Source: Tubiluchus corallicola (lineage: Eukaryota > Animalia > Priapulida). From it: a stretch of DNA of 64,000 bases. Positions 14,875-27,100 of the stretch are shown piece after piece (within the stretch, counting starts at the first letter, position 1; each line of letters starts with the position of its first letter). The notes under the pieces were generated by a model. That model was not told the origin of the DNA. It did no database searches and saw nothing but the letters and a program-made list of their open reading frames with translations. The position numbers were made by a program, and so were the translations under genes. The DNA is taken from the NCBI GenBank assembly GCA_030141605.1, contig JAQGDQ010000015.1, positions 434,001-498,000 of the forward strand, written 5' to 3'.

Positions 14875-14960
14875 ATAAAATGCACAACTGATAAAAAGCA
14901 GCTGATGGTTAGCGCTTCGCCATGTTTGCATCCCAACAGTCATTCGTTTGCGCTGATTGC
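14875..14960 (-). other. Probable first (non-coding) exon of the zinc-finger gene; start coordinate approximate
   Basis: Minus-strand donor |gtgagt at 14874 (alternative |gtaagt at 14815), next to promoter motifs; contains mini-ORF ATGGCGAAGCGCTAA. Confidence 0.55.
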
Positions 14961-15120
14961 GCATGCCTACACACTCATTCATAAAATAAACTATACCCCC
15001 TAAACATTTATGTTAGCTAGGTTGTGATTGGACAAACCCAACACGATGTCATTTCCGCTAGTGGGAAGCCATGATTAATCTCGTGTGTGGTGTTTATGTT
15101 TCGATTCTTCAATTTTTGGT
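14915..15120. promoter_or_regulatory. Bidirectional promoter
   Basis: YY1-like CGCCAT (14918-14923), NRF1-like TGCGCATGC (14958-14966), inverted CCAAT (15027-15031), TTTCCG; outward-facing splice donors on both sides (minus 14874, plus G|gtatgc at 15118); by eye the plus strand shifts from A-rich to T-rich around here. Confidence 0.6.
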
Positions 15121-18100
15121 ATGCTGAGTTCGTCTCCTATTTATAGTATTATTGAGTACCTTATAAACTTAAGTCCTAAACTTTTAATAACATTGAAAAC
15201 AGACTATCAATCCCACAAATGTACTAACTAGGACTATCTTCATTAGCGAAATAGGCAGATGTAAATTAGTGGCAGTTTTAAGGTACTACACTACAGAATT
15301 ATCAATGTACTTTACTGTCCAAATATGCGGCTTCTCCAAATCTATGGAAATTACATGCTTTATAATAGAAAGATATCAACCCTTTTGTCTTCAAGACTAA
15401 GAATCTAGAATTCTCAGACATTGCACTAAAATGCAATTAGGCAGTAGGCTGAGGTAAATGCAAGTTTAACCAGGTTTGGCGACATTCAGGTGTCATCTTT
15501 TTGCAAAGCGGCTTGCTGTTGGTCAACAAAACCCTGGTGCCTATAAGAAGAACTGTGTACTTGAAATATATGGTCAGTATCTTCAAATTCTAAATGTGAG
15601 AATAATAAACCTGGATTTGTACACCAGACTGTAATGTGACAAACAGGTCTGCTGCAGGGAACATATAGATGGAGCAAGACTGTAAAACACATCTTTATCT
15701 TTCACCCAAGCCATTAGCCTTAATTCATTAGATTGTGGATTCTCAATCAATGATCATGTAACGTTTCATTAGTTTGTGTTTTATGCTAGTTGTTCTTATA
15801 TGTGGTGTAATCCCTAAAACAAGATAGCTACTGATTATCACTCATTGCTCATATATGTTCATATACATTGCGTATAAAAATGGTAATAATTGTAATAATT
15901 TAAAAATCTATATTGTGTGACATGATACATTGAATTATCCAGATTAAATTTGACTTTTTGGAAAGAAAATGTAAAGTAAAAAACATAAGTATGGCAGCAG
16001 TATAGTTTCCTTTATGAAACTTTAAACTGCTACACTTTCCTCTTATCTAATTATTGTCATATGTATCTGCTATGCCTAACTATACCTCAAATTAATTACT
16101 GGAGCATGTAAAATATGTTCTGTACAGATTAATAATTCTGTAGAAGAGAAAAAATGCGCTGTTCATGTTGCTAAATGAATAAGAATAATGTCTGCAATAG
16201 GAGTTCAAACTTGTTTCAAGTGAAAAACTATAGTACTTATAGCACTCTCCATTAATAATCGTTTTTTCCTTATACTTTAAATAAACAAAAATGGATCAAT
16301 CTGGGGAATTATTTCAGTTTTAAGAGTCTTGTGTGACATAAAAATCTTCCTTTGACAATTGTGATGCTTTTACATTGACAATTGACATATTTGATAACTG
16401 ACAACTTGTCTGTGCCAGTAGAGCATGAAAAGCCAACTGTTCTAATCTTACTACTGCAGATATCTCTGCATCTAGCAAACAAGGTTCTGGTTTGAGTCCT
16501 ACCTAAGAACAGTTTTCACCATGGCAACCAGAAAAGTATTTCTTTTTGGTGGAAGAAACACATTCATAAGCCTATTTAATGATAGAGTCAAATTAAATAC
16601 TCGCATAGTTTCTTTGTTTTCAAAAATAACAAAAATGCAAATAAAACACTTCATTTAAATAGTCTCTGCATCATACAAAAGTACAAACATGTATGTATCA
16701 GTGATATGATCGCTATCAGTTTTTTAGCTATCAGTTCTTGCAGCTACTACTAGTCTCAGGGTTAAGTTTCTGCATCTATTAGTCTATTACATAAGCAGCT
16801 ATTTTGCTAGCAACTTCATTTTCCTGTGCAGTCAGTGGGGTGTCGAAAGGTGCGTATTAGAAAACTCACCTAGTACAAATATCTTCCCTCATTTGCATAC
16901 ATGGGCCATTTGGCGCAATGATGGTGGTAGGTAAAAATGAATTATTTTTGCTATAGCTAACTAGTTTTTTGGAAAAGTGACTTTGTTTCATAATTTATTT
17001 TATTATTGAATGCTGTAACTTATTTTGCTGTAGTAATCCAATAATAAATGCATAGATTTTTAGGTATACTCATTAAGATTACATAACTTCATTTTGAGTT
17101 TTGCTCTAATTATAGTAATTTATGAAGCTACAACTATTTTAACTAGTAATAACTATTTAATAGCACGGCTAATAGTGGTGGCAATCATATGATAGTATGC
17201 ATAAGAACTGGATTGAAGTACATTTATGTATTTATGCAAACAGAAAACTACAAAAAATAGTCACACAGAAATCACAAAAACCCAAAGAATTGCTTAAAAT
17301 TTCAAGTATATATATCTATATATAGATAAAGTCTACATACTTTCATATCTTTTAAGTTCGGTAAACTGACTTCGAAATGTTCTTTAAAAAAGCCTATCTT
17401 AAATCCTATGGGCATGTCAAAGATTAAGTTTCGGAAATCTTGGTTATTTTGGTTCAATGATGGCTCATGATTGCTCAGACTAATGATTGAGCCACTGAGA
17501 CATTTTTAAGAGCAAATTCTCTAGTACGAATTCTCATTATAGGACGTGTTTTACTATTAATTGGTTAACAAATGCTTGATCCACATAAAATGAAGTCAGC
17601 CTTAAAAGCTGGCATTGTCTTTTTAGTATTCAAATATTTCTACGAATATATTACAATACCAAAAAAATTAATCAATTCAAAATTCTGTTTAACTATAGTT
17701 TTTTATAAACATACAAGTTGGAAAATCCACGGGAATTGCTACTTGCTAAATACATTATTATTACAAGACTTGCACTCGTTTTACATGAAATATGAAGCTA
17801 ATTCAGCTATAGAACTACAATGATTGATGTGAATTAGACTGATTTCATTTTTTTCCTTGTCTGTCCTTTGACATATTTTTTGATATTTTGCACAACACAG
17901 AATAGCATCACCTTTACAATAGTCAAGTTAAAAGTGGTCAACACTCTCAACTGTGCAGACTTAATTATAGTAGTTTGTAGAAAGGCTGCAAAGGGGAGTC
18001 CATTATCAAGAGGAAACCTTAAAGTAAGTCATTTACTCGGATGTATATGTGTGGGTTATTTAATCGAATCCAGGATCGATTGTAGATATAATGTACTAGC

Positions 18101-21100
18101 AGGATTCATATAATGTATTGAAGCCAGCCCAGTTAGTGGCTTCATGTTCCACTTTTTATTGACTTGGTCATTAGTATGACCTAAACTGTTATAGTACATT
18201 GGTGAGCATATAACTAATCAATATTGGTTAATTTTGCTGCTTGTTTCGGTGGAGATAGAATATTATAGATGACATGTACCATTAAATACTTTATGCACTC
18301 CACATTGACTGACATTTAAATATTTAAACCAGATGCCTATCAAAATGATTTTCCATTAGTTGAGGTATCTATATATACATACATAAGAGGGTGGCAACCG
18401 TGTTAACTGGACTACATGGTGAATTACAACTAGTCGAATCACTTATAATCTTTTTTCTGATTGTGGATTCTTTAGCAGTTTTTGAAATTATTTTTTGAGA
18501 ATCCACTTTTTTGTCCATCATTAATTGGTAGTGTAATATATTCATAGAAATATTTGAATATTATAAATACAATGCCAGCTTTTTAGCCTGACTGTATTTT
18601 ATGTGCTTGAAGCAATTGTGCGTATAAATCAATTATATGTATAGACTTTTTTAACAAGTTGCTTTTCATTGACTGTTATGTACGTCTTATCAAAGTTTTC
18701 ATTTTGGTGTCTATACATTTTTATTTTTGTCAGATTTAGGACATTATTTTTGAATGTTGACTCTACGTTAATCCCTGTCATCATGAAATGTGCCCCTTTT
18801 GACACTGCCACATTGAAATAAATGACACAAGAGTTTATTAAAAGGCTTCAGGACATCAAAACTATACTTGTACAATACTCTTTGTTTAATAGATACACCT
18901 TATTTTTATTTGGGGTGCGATAAGTCGCACTTGTTTTTCAGAAGTGGAGTCGGTCCAAAAGGTCCATGCTACCCAACCTTTGTCAACCTAGGTCGAAATA
19001 AAAAACGTATGGAAATATATCCATTTTTCGCTTTATTGACAATAGTCATAAATATTAATGCCTGTTAAGTTCCTATCATGCATTGTAAGTTCCAGTGGAA
19101 ATGATATACTTAATATCATCAAAATTTTTAGACACCAGGCCTGTTTTTGATTTGCCATTTAGCCATTTTTCTAAGTCTAAACACTGTGCCAGGTGGATTT
19201 ACAAAGAGCTTGGATTTAATGAGCAGCGGATTTTCACTTGAGGTAAATTTTCTGATCTAACAGTAATGGCCACAATGACTGATTGGATTGTTTTATCAAA
19301 CATCAGCATTGTAGCATATAGTTATATTGCACAGCCTTAAGAACTTTTTAAAGAATTTAAACCCATGTCTGTGAAGTGAGCTCTGTAAAATTGGTTTTTA
19401 ATTGGGAAGGATAAGTAAAGCAGAAGTTAGTATGCACATGTGCACATATTTAGAGTGGACAGATATTTGAACCTTAACTCCCATCACACCAGCCTGGCAA
19501 TGTAAGAAAGACCTCACTGTTGCCTTAAAAACTGGCTAGGTCTCTGTCAGATCGCAAAGTCTTCTAAATCTTAGTAACAATGAAGCTGAAATGCTAAGGA
19601 CGTATTTTGGCCATGAAGGTCTTCATGTTTGCAGAAAACATTTGAACAGGTTCAAAGAATCAAATCTGCTGCTGAGAGAGCACAGACGGTATAGAAATTC
19701 AATATAGACGTGGTATGTACGTTGTAGTCATATTGTCCATCGTACTAAAGTTTTTATAAACATATATAAATTGAACAACTATTTCTGCTATGTATTGTAA
19801 ATTAAAATTTAATGTTTTGGTACACAAAAATAAATGGTTCAGCATTTAATATGAACTTTTGATACATCATATCTCTGAGAAGTATTCATCTAAAGTTATC
19901 ATAACTAAATTATTACTTGCAGTTATGATTTATCTAGGATAGTTTATGCAAATACATATTTGCCAGATCATCATTTTTATGTTTAACAGTGTTTTTTCGG
20001 TGCAAATTTTGCCAGCTAAGCCGTTTTGAATAAAAACGTGCAGTTTGCCAGGGCAAGTTTTAACCCTATTAGACAGATTTGTTTAAATTGGGCCCCACGC
20101 TAAGAGATGGATACTATGATGAATTAATGATTGCCCCTTGTGCATTAAGCTTCTTGATGCTGTAAGGGCAGTGAAATTATTCAACCCTTTTCTCGTATGT
20201 CAATGTTTTTTGCTGATCATTTCTTTATTTGTTTTGTAATTTCAATTTTTTGTCACCATTTACCTTTTTAAAAAAAGTAATTGGTGAGCCCTACATGCTT
20301 TAGTTAGATTGTAGTTTTTAATTTTACTAATTTATGGACCATATTCAAACCTTCAACACAGAAGGACTGCTGTTAATGAGATTATATAAAATAATGCGTG
20401 GGATATGATGTTGTATTGTTTGTTAAATATGTCCAAAGTGTACTGTTCTGCAGCATTTGTGGGGTAGAGAGCACCCACTAACAATTTTCTAATTGGGCCC
20501 TTCACTTCCTAGCACTTCTTTTATTTGAAGAGTGATATGTGCAGTAAATGCTGAAACCTTGCTTACATTCCTTAAATAAATTTGACTTATTGACATTAAG
20601 CAGATATATGTGTCTTGTTAGCATGGATTTCATATAGTAAGCTTACAAAAGTGTAACTGGTATACATCTAAATTTCAATTGCATTAAGTTTTGCTAACCA
20701 TACACTCTTTTCACTTACTACCTACTAGACCTGATTTTTGTAATTTCACAAACGCTATTCTTTTTGAAAATTGTTTGGGTATCTACTGGAACTTGTTTGC
20801 ATTTGATCACTATTTTTTGTGCAAATGAGTTGCTACAACGGAAAAATGGTATGTTCATAGTTCATGCTTCTCATCTTTATCCCTTCACATAAATCATGCT
20901 GCACATTGTATTCGTCGGCTGTTTTTTCATCAGTTGTGCTATTGTCTTCTCTATTAGATCTGTCAAATCACTGAATATCTGTAAAGGCTGTCGCTCTCTC
21001 CTCTTCTTAAATTAACAAATTCTGTACTGGTAAATTGCACAAAGTGTAGCTGTTGTTTGCATGGATTGTGCTGTGGGTAAAAAATCGCAACACGAAATCA

Positions 21101-24100
21101 GTGTGTAGACAAGGGCTCGAAACAACTGTGTCAATGCTAGATTGAATGCTAATCATAAAATCTGATGATAGTCACTTTGCTTGAATAACTTCAGTGAGGT
21201 GAGCAGGGCTTCCAAGAGAGTTTTGCAGATAGAATAGGATTGATTTCAGAAAAACCATTTGAGATATTTTTGTCAATAAACTACGTACATACATGAGACC
21301 TACTTACTTTAATCAGAAATTCGATATTTAATGCCAAACTAATATCAACTTCAGAAGTCGTTGACCTATCTGAATTATAATATTGCTTACCTCTTTCATA
21401 TCATTGGTTTGCATTTTTCGTCTTCTCTAAGTGTGTCTCCTGTCTAGTTGAATTTTATCAGTGTTTGAAAGAGTTTATAAGCCTCTGTAAAATACATTGA
21501 TAGTCACCTAATACGTCACGTTTCTTTATTTATTTAAAGGCGTTATGATCTTTGAAACTCAAAATCACTTTATCATAAGCACAATATTTTTTGTACCTTC
21601 AAAGTGTGTTTGAACTGTGTTTGACAATTTCAAACATTTATGGTACATCAGATAAAAAAAGTTTTATCTAACAGAGGTAATGAAAAGGTTACTTGTGACA
21701 TGTTTTTGCTTAGTTTAGTGTTTTGCCCTCATTAATCTTGAAATTTCTTCAGATTTTCATGAAGCTTGTAGTTTTCCATTGTAAAATGCGAACAAAGATG
21801 TAGTGACTAATGAATCTAATGTCTTTTTATAAAGAGGAAAGATGATGACGTAATTTATCTTTTTGATTTTTCTGTTTTAACGCGAATCATATATTGTTAG
21901 CTCTGAATCTGTGTCTTATACTTGTTGTAATATAGCTTGATGAAACTGGTTTAATAGTTTAATATGCCGGCAAGTTTCTTTTTGTTTTAATAGTTTGATA
22001 TCACAACCAAGTCATATGAACTTCATTACATCAGTCACTTGCATTGCTACCTGTCTTGTGGGCCAGATCCTTTGCATGTTAGGTAGCAGTAGCAAAGTGT
22101 GATTCTTTTTTTAATAGCACACCACAAAAATTAGTCAGTGCCTAAATCTTTGCAAAAGTGTAAGTGGGAACAATAATTGTCCGCATTTAACAGGCCACCA
22201 TTTTTTACTAAACAACGAAAAATTCTTGAGTACTTGATAGCAATCATAATGCATAGAAAGCCAAACTGAACAGCTGCAATTTTTTACTTCTTGAAATAAA
22301 AAGTAGTCATTCTTTCTTCTGAGTTTTTCATTACGTTGCTTGTGTTCTGTATACACATTAGAATTGGAAAGGGTCATTAGAGGTTGACCACTGGTTGATG
22401 ACTTTGACTTTTAATACATTATTATAATTTCTAGCTTTCTCATTGTATCCAGAACCTTAAAACTAGCTAGTTTTGCTAAATTTGGTGTATAACATTATAA
22501 GACATGATAAAATAATTTATATATTACCCATATAATTTGTATGTTCCTACATTCTTCATTTGTGTCATTACTTGCAGCCTGTTTATATGTCTTTGCAAAT
22601 TAAATGTGTTTATGGCGCAATTTATAAGAGCATGTGGTTTGAATTTATTACTGTTAAGTTGATTGCTTTTAAATAATTTTACGATTTTATCAGTAAATTT
22701 GCAAAAAATAAACATGAGGAACTATTTATTAAGTTATTGCTGGCTGTCTATGCTATAAGCATTGTTTTCAGAACATTTGGGCTCAGCAGGGTGAAAATTT
22801 AATGGCGATATAATAAAACATACTAGTTTGTTATGCCGAGCTCCGCAAACTGACAAGAGCAAGCTAATTCATCAAATTTGTCTCCAGGTTTCTCCCTGGG
22901 GGTTGGAATTTTTTCTCGCTGTCAAGCCTGTAACCCTTGGCCATTTTCATGAGAAATTCAGCGATTCAGTTAAATTTTGCCTGATTATTCTGTGTGCGTT
23001 TAATTAGTGTGAATGAGCATGAAGAATGGCTGAATGGTGGGAGAGGCTATCTAGGTGGGGATCCGAAAATTCAACTTTGAAAAAATATCCAACAAAGAGC
23101 TGCTAGGAAAAGGGGAAAAACTTGTACGTTATTACTAGAATTTCAAAAGAAGAATAAACTTCGCCCTCTAGGTTTTTTAAAGGATTTATTGTATGTTTTT
23201 CAATTAAAAGTACATGTAGGATGTTTTTGTTTGACTAGAATCCGTAAATTCTTTATAATGTGTAGTCTAAATCTTAGCAACCAGTCATATCAACTTGCAT
23301 TGAATTAATATTGTCCAGTAGGCACTGCCAGAAATTAAAGCTGAATGAACTGTAATCCTTTTTTATACTCTAAAAATTTTTGCTGTAGCTTTTCAAGCTT
23401 CAGTTGTTGACAAATGAAGAAATCAACAATATCCAGAATTGTTGATGCATTGTGATGGTTAACAAGAAAATCAATGGTAGTGTCGGTATTTAATGCTGCA
23501 ACTTTGTTGATGTGTTTCATATGATTTATTAATTTTTGCCTTTATTGTCGAAAACTGGTTGTCACTCTATAAATAACATAAGTTTTTCAGACACTTATTG
23601 TGATGTAATGTTTGAGTCACTGTTCTGGTGCTTCTTCCTTTATTTCACTTATGTATACATGTATTTTGAATTGTTGCTACTTTGCCTCTTTGGGTTAAAT
23701 TTCCTGGACAAAAAAGTTATATTTTAAATGCAAGTATTTTATAACCTGAATAAGCTAGTACCTAAGATTTCTTACATCAAACATTATTTTCACATTGTTT
23801 TCAACACTTTTTTGTATAGCCAGTTAAAGAGGCAGTGTAACCGTAATTCATGGTGTATATATTTGTCAGATAAATATTTTTATTTTTATTTTGGTTCCCA
23901 CATCCTATATCCTTAGCAAAGTAGTGTTCCATGTAGGTCAAAGCACCACAGGCCATATGAACACATATTTTGGTGGTCCTTTGACCATCCACCATGTAGC
24001 CTGCTGCCTTTTCAGTATTCAGAATTCTTTATTTTCTATTCTTTTGTAGCGGTGAAGATTACAAGCTTTGCTCAAACGAAATGGTAATTTAATTACAGGA

Positions 24101-27100
24101 CAAGTTGTGAAATTTGTAGGTAAGTTTGTTATAAAAGCTTTTTATTATTTAGTTTGATTTTTACTTTGCTTTATTAATAATTGTTAATTACATTGGCTTT
24201 ACTTAGTAGGTGTAGCTGATGATTTGTTTTATGTAGTATGAATTATGATAATGTATGCTGTTGAACAATTTCCAATTACATCTTTTGTAATATTTTATGG
24301 GTAAATTTGGTTGATATTGTAATTTTTTTATATTTTACCCCGCAGTACAGAACCGTTAGTTACCAGCAAAAATTTCAGCAATGTGTGGATTATTTTTTGG
24401 CAATCATGGTTTAATTTTACCCCAGGATGTTATTGTGCTCACCTTTTTATGCAATATGCAATGCAAGTATGCAATACAAAGTGAATGAGGTAGATGGAAC
24501 ATATAAAATGTAGCAAGTTCTAAGTCTTGCAAAATGGAAAAAACAATGTTATAGTACAAAGTGCAGAATTTAATACAAAATGTAGAAAACACTGTATACA
24601 TGCAGTATACCCTGCCACCACAACTATATAATATACGATGGCAGTGATGGTGGTAGTGGTGGTAACGGCGGCAGCAGCAGTGATGGTTTTCATTATGTAG
24701 TTTCGTCGCATCAGTGTAGTGACACAAGTGCAAGGTTTGAAGGAGCACCAGCTTATGGTGCTTCCATTTTCGTCAATAGATGCCACTATCTTGTGCATAT
24801 TGTACTATTACCTGCATTGGTTACAACAAGGCTAGTGGCCTCCATGTACTAAAATTATTAACATACTAACAGAAGTCATTGTACTGCAAGGATGGCTGCT
24901 AAGTAAACAAGTTAATGGGGAACTAGCGGCTGGCCATCAAATTTTTATGTTCGCCCTATTGATTTTTTTACCATTTTTATGCCCGCTCTTTATGTTACGA
25001 GACTGTACGCTTGTCAGCCTGTCAGAATTATATGGTTATTAAATGGCTTCCAAAGGTTCTTTACAGGCCGTGGCCAGTTCGAGGTGGCTACGTGGCAGTA
25101 GGGCGCTAACTAATTAAAAGAAATCTTGGGTCCCTACACGCAGTGTCCTAGAGTGGTTACTTTACTTTGTTGGGTTGAAAATTATGTTAGTGTCGTAGTT
25201 GTTAGGGTAGCTTTTGGTTATTCGTAATTTTGGAACCGCCCGTTGAGGAGTTTTTGATGATAGATTGTTCCCGTGATTCATGTAAAGTCACGGCGCTTTC
25301 GCGTTAAACAAAAACTTGGCTTCGGTTATAATTTTCTGCTTTCCCTGCATCCGAGGGCTTCCCTAGCGACAGGGGACACCAGTGCTCTTGCAAACCTTGC
25401 TTTTTACTTCTTATTGTAGGTATCTTGCAGGCTTCGGCACTGTTCCGTACCATTGCGCCTCATTAGAGAGGATTGAAATACCGGACGATAGTGCATATGC
25501 ACGCCACCTCTACCTCGACTCCCCCTTGTCGCTCTCCCTACACTTTGAAGAAAAACAGCTGCCGGCTGCACTTAGCAGGGAGGAGACATTATAGCCTAAC
25601 ATGGAGTCCCATCGATTGATTTGCCTGTTTCTGGAACATTCGAATTGTGGCAGAGCCACTCCACATTTTACATTCTATAAGGGATCGATTACGAGTTTTT
25701 TCTGGCTTGTTTTTTTTCCTCTGGCATGAGAAAATGCTGTCCGTGAACTGTTCCATATATACATAGTATTTAATGTTGCTAAAGTTATTATTCACAATGG
25801 TTCTGGAATTGGCATGATTATTATGATGTAGTTATGTTATGATTCTGTGAAAGAACAACTTTGTAAAGTCTTTAGTCTTCTAAGAGGACGTACAGTTTCA
25901 TTTTGTACTGCTGCAATAAAAATATCCGTACCTTGAATTATAGTAATTATTATCATGACACGGTTAATCTCTGATATTGAACATAAAACTGAGATACCTC
26001 CTTCAGTTCTGTGGCTCATCTTAGATGCATAGCCTTGATAATAAGAGAGTCCAAGTCTCGCTACGAACAGTTGAAACAGTTGAACATCTAATTTGAGTAG
26101 GAGCATGGCGTTGAATGCGCAAATTCCAAATTGTGAAAAAAATGGAAAGATAACATAATCTGGATAATTTATGATAATAATACTAAGTTTATTGTGTATC
26201 AGCTTTGAAATGATGGGACGAGCCCAATGATGACGATGAGCCATTTTACGATATTATTATGACAAGTGAATTAAACACGTTGAGCCAAATATTCTAGCTG
26301 TTATAACAGTGACCCTGTTTCCCAATGGTCATTGACTCAAAACCAAGATTATGTGTTTTTTTTGGGCATTTTCCTTTTCATCGGTCGAATTTTATCTATT
26401 CACTAAAAATGCGCCATAACGCCGATGATGCCCTTACATTTAACTTTTTATATTTTTAATTTTTACCTTTTAACTTTTATATCTATTAGCTAAATTGCTC
26501 GCTTATACACCTTCTTGTGTGCGTGCCCGTACTTTGTGCACTTGTCCTTGTGCATAAAGGAGATTGACATTAGTGTGTGTACTCCTAGGATTAAACCCTT
26601 TCTCTCACCTGTGTTCTAACCGAGTTTATGCTGATTAACTTTCCTTATCAACAAGTTAATTTGGGGCGCAGTTCTTAGTCAACAAAGAATTTTCTCCTGG
26701 TTTAGTGAGCAAATTTACTTGCATCTGTAAACAACAGCATTTGTATGTTTTAGCATATAATAACCGGTGATGAAACAAAACTTAGTCCAGTTTACTTTAC
26801 TATCAGTTTTAGGTACTAGCTAATTATTCGCATGCTAAAATAACCATGTTACTGCTTTTCTGAATTTCCTGCAATTATATGCTTAAATATATATATATGT
26901 AGTGTGTAAAAGATGTAATAGTTATTATATAAAAAGTTACTATATAAGTAATCATGATTTTAGGTTCTTAACTAGGGCATGAAAAGTGTACGGTTATAGG
27001 TGTGGGCAACAAGACAGTTTTCTTGTACTCTGTACAGAACTCGGACGGAGGCAAAATTAATAATTTTTGTTATAAAGCTGCTATGAAGAATATGTGCCAT

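Noticed and set aside
16470-16510. tRNA or SINE B-box-like GGTTTGAGTCC
   Set aside because: No cloverleaf or clear A-box; at most a decayed SINE fragment
20055-20075. TTAACCCTA as a telomerase RNA template
   Set aside because: Short match; no U-rich pseudoknot recognisable downstream
20124-20185. SECIS element
   Set aside because: ATGA-to-AA spacing is ~16 nt (too long), the AA is paired, and no selenoprotein CDS lies upstream
21250-21262. AAACCAT as U17/snR30 m2 motif
   Set aside because: Partner m1 motif (ATATTCCTA) and terminal ACA are absent
24404-24798. His/Cys/Thr/Ala-run ORFs on the minus strand
   Set aside because: Produced by a degenerate trinucleotide repeat (GGT/GCA); no domain similarity
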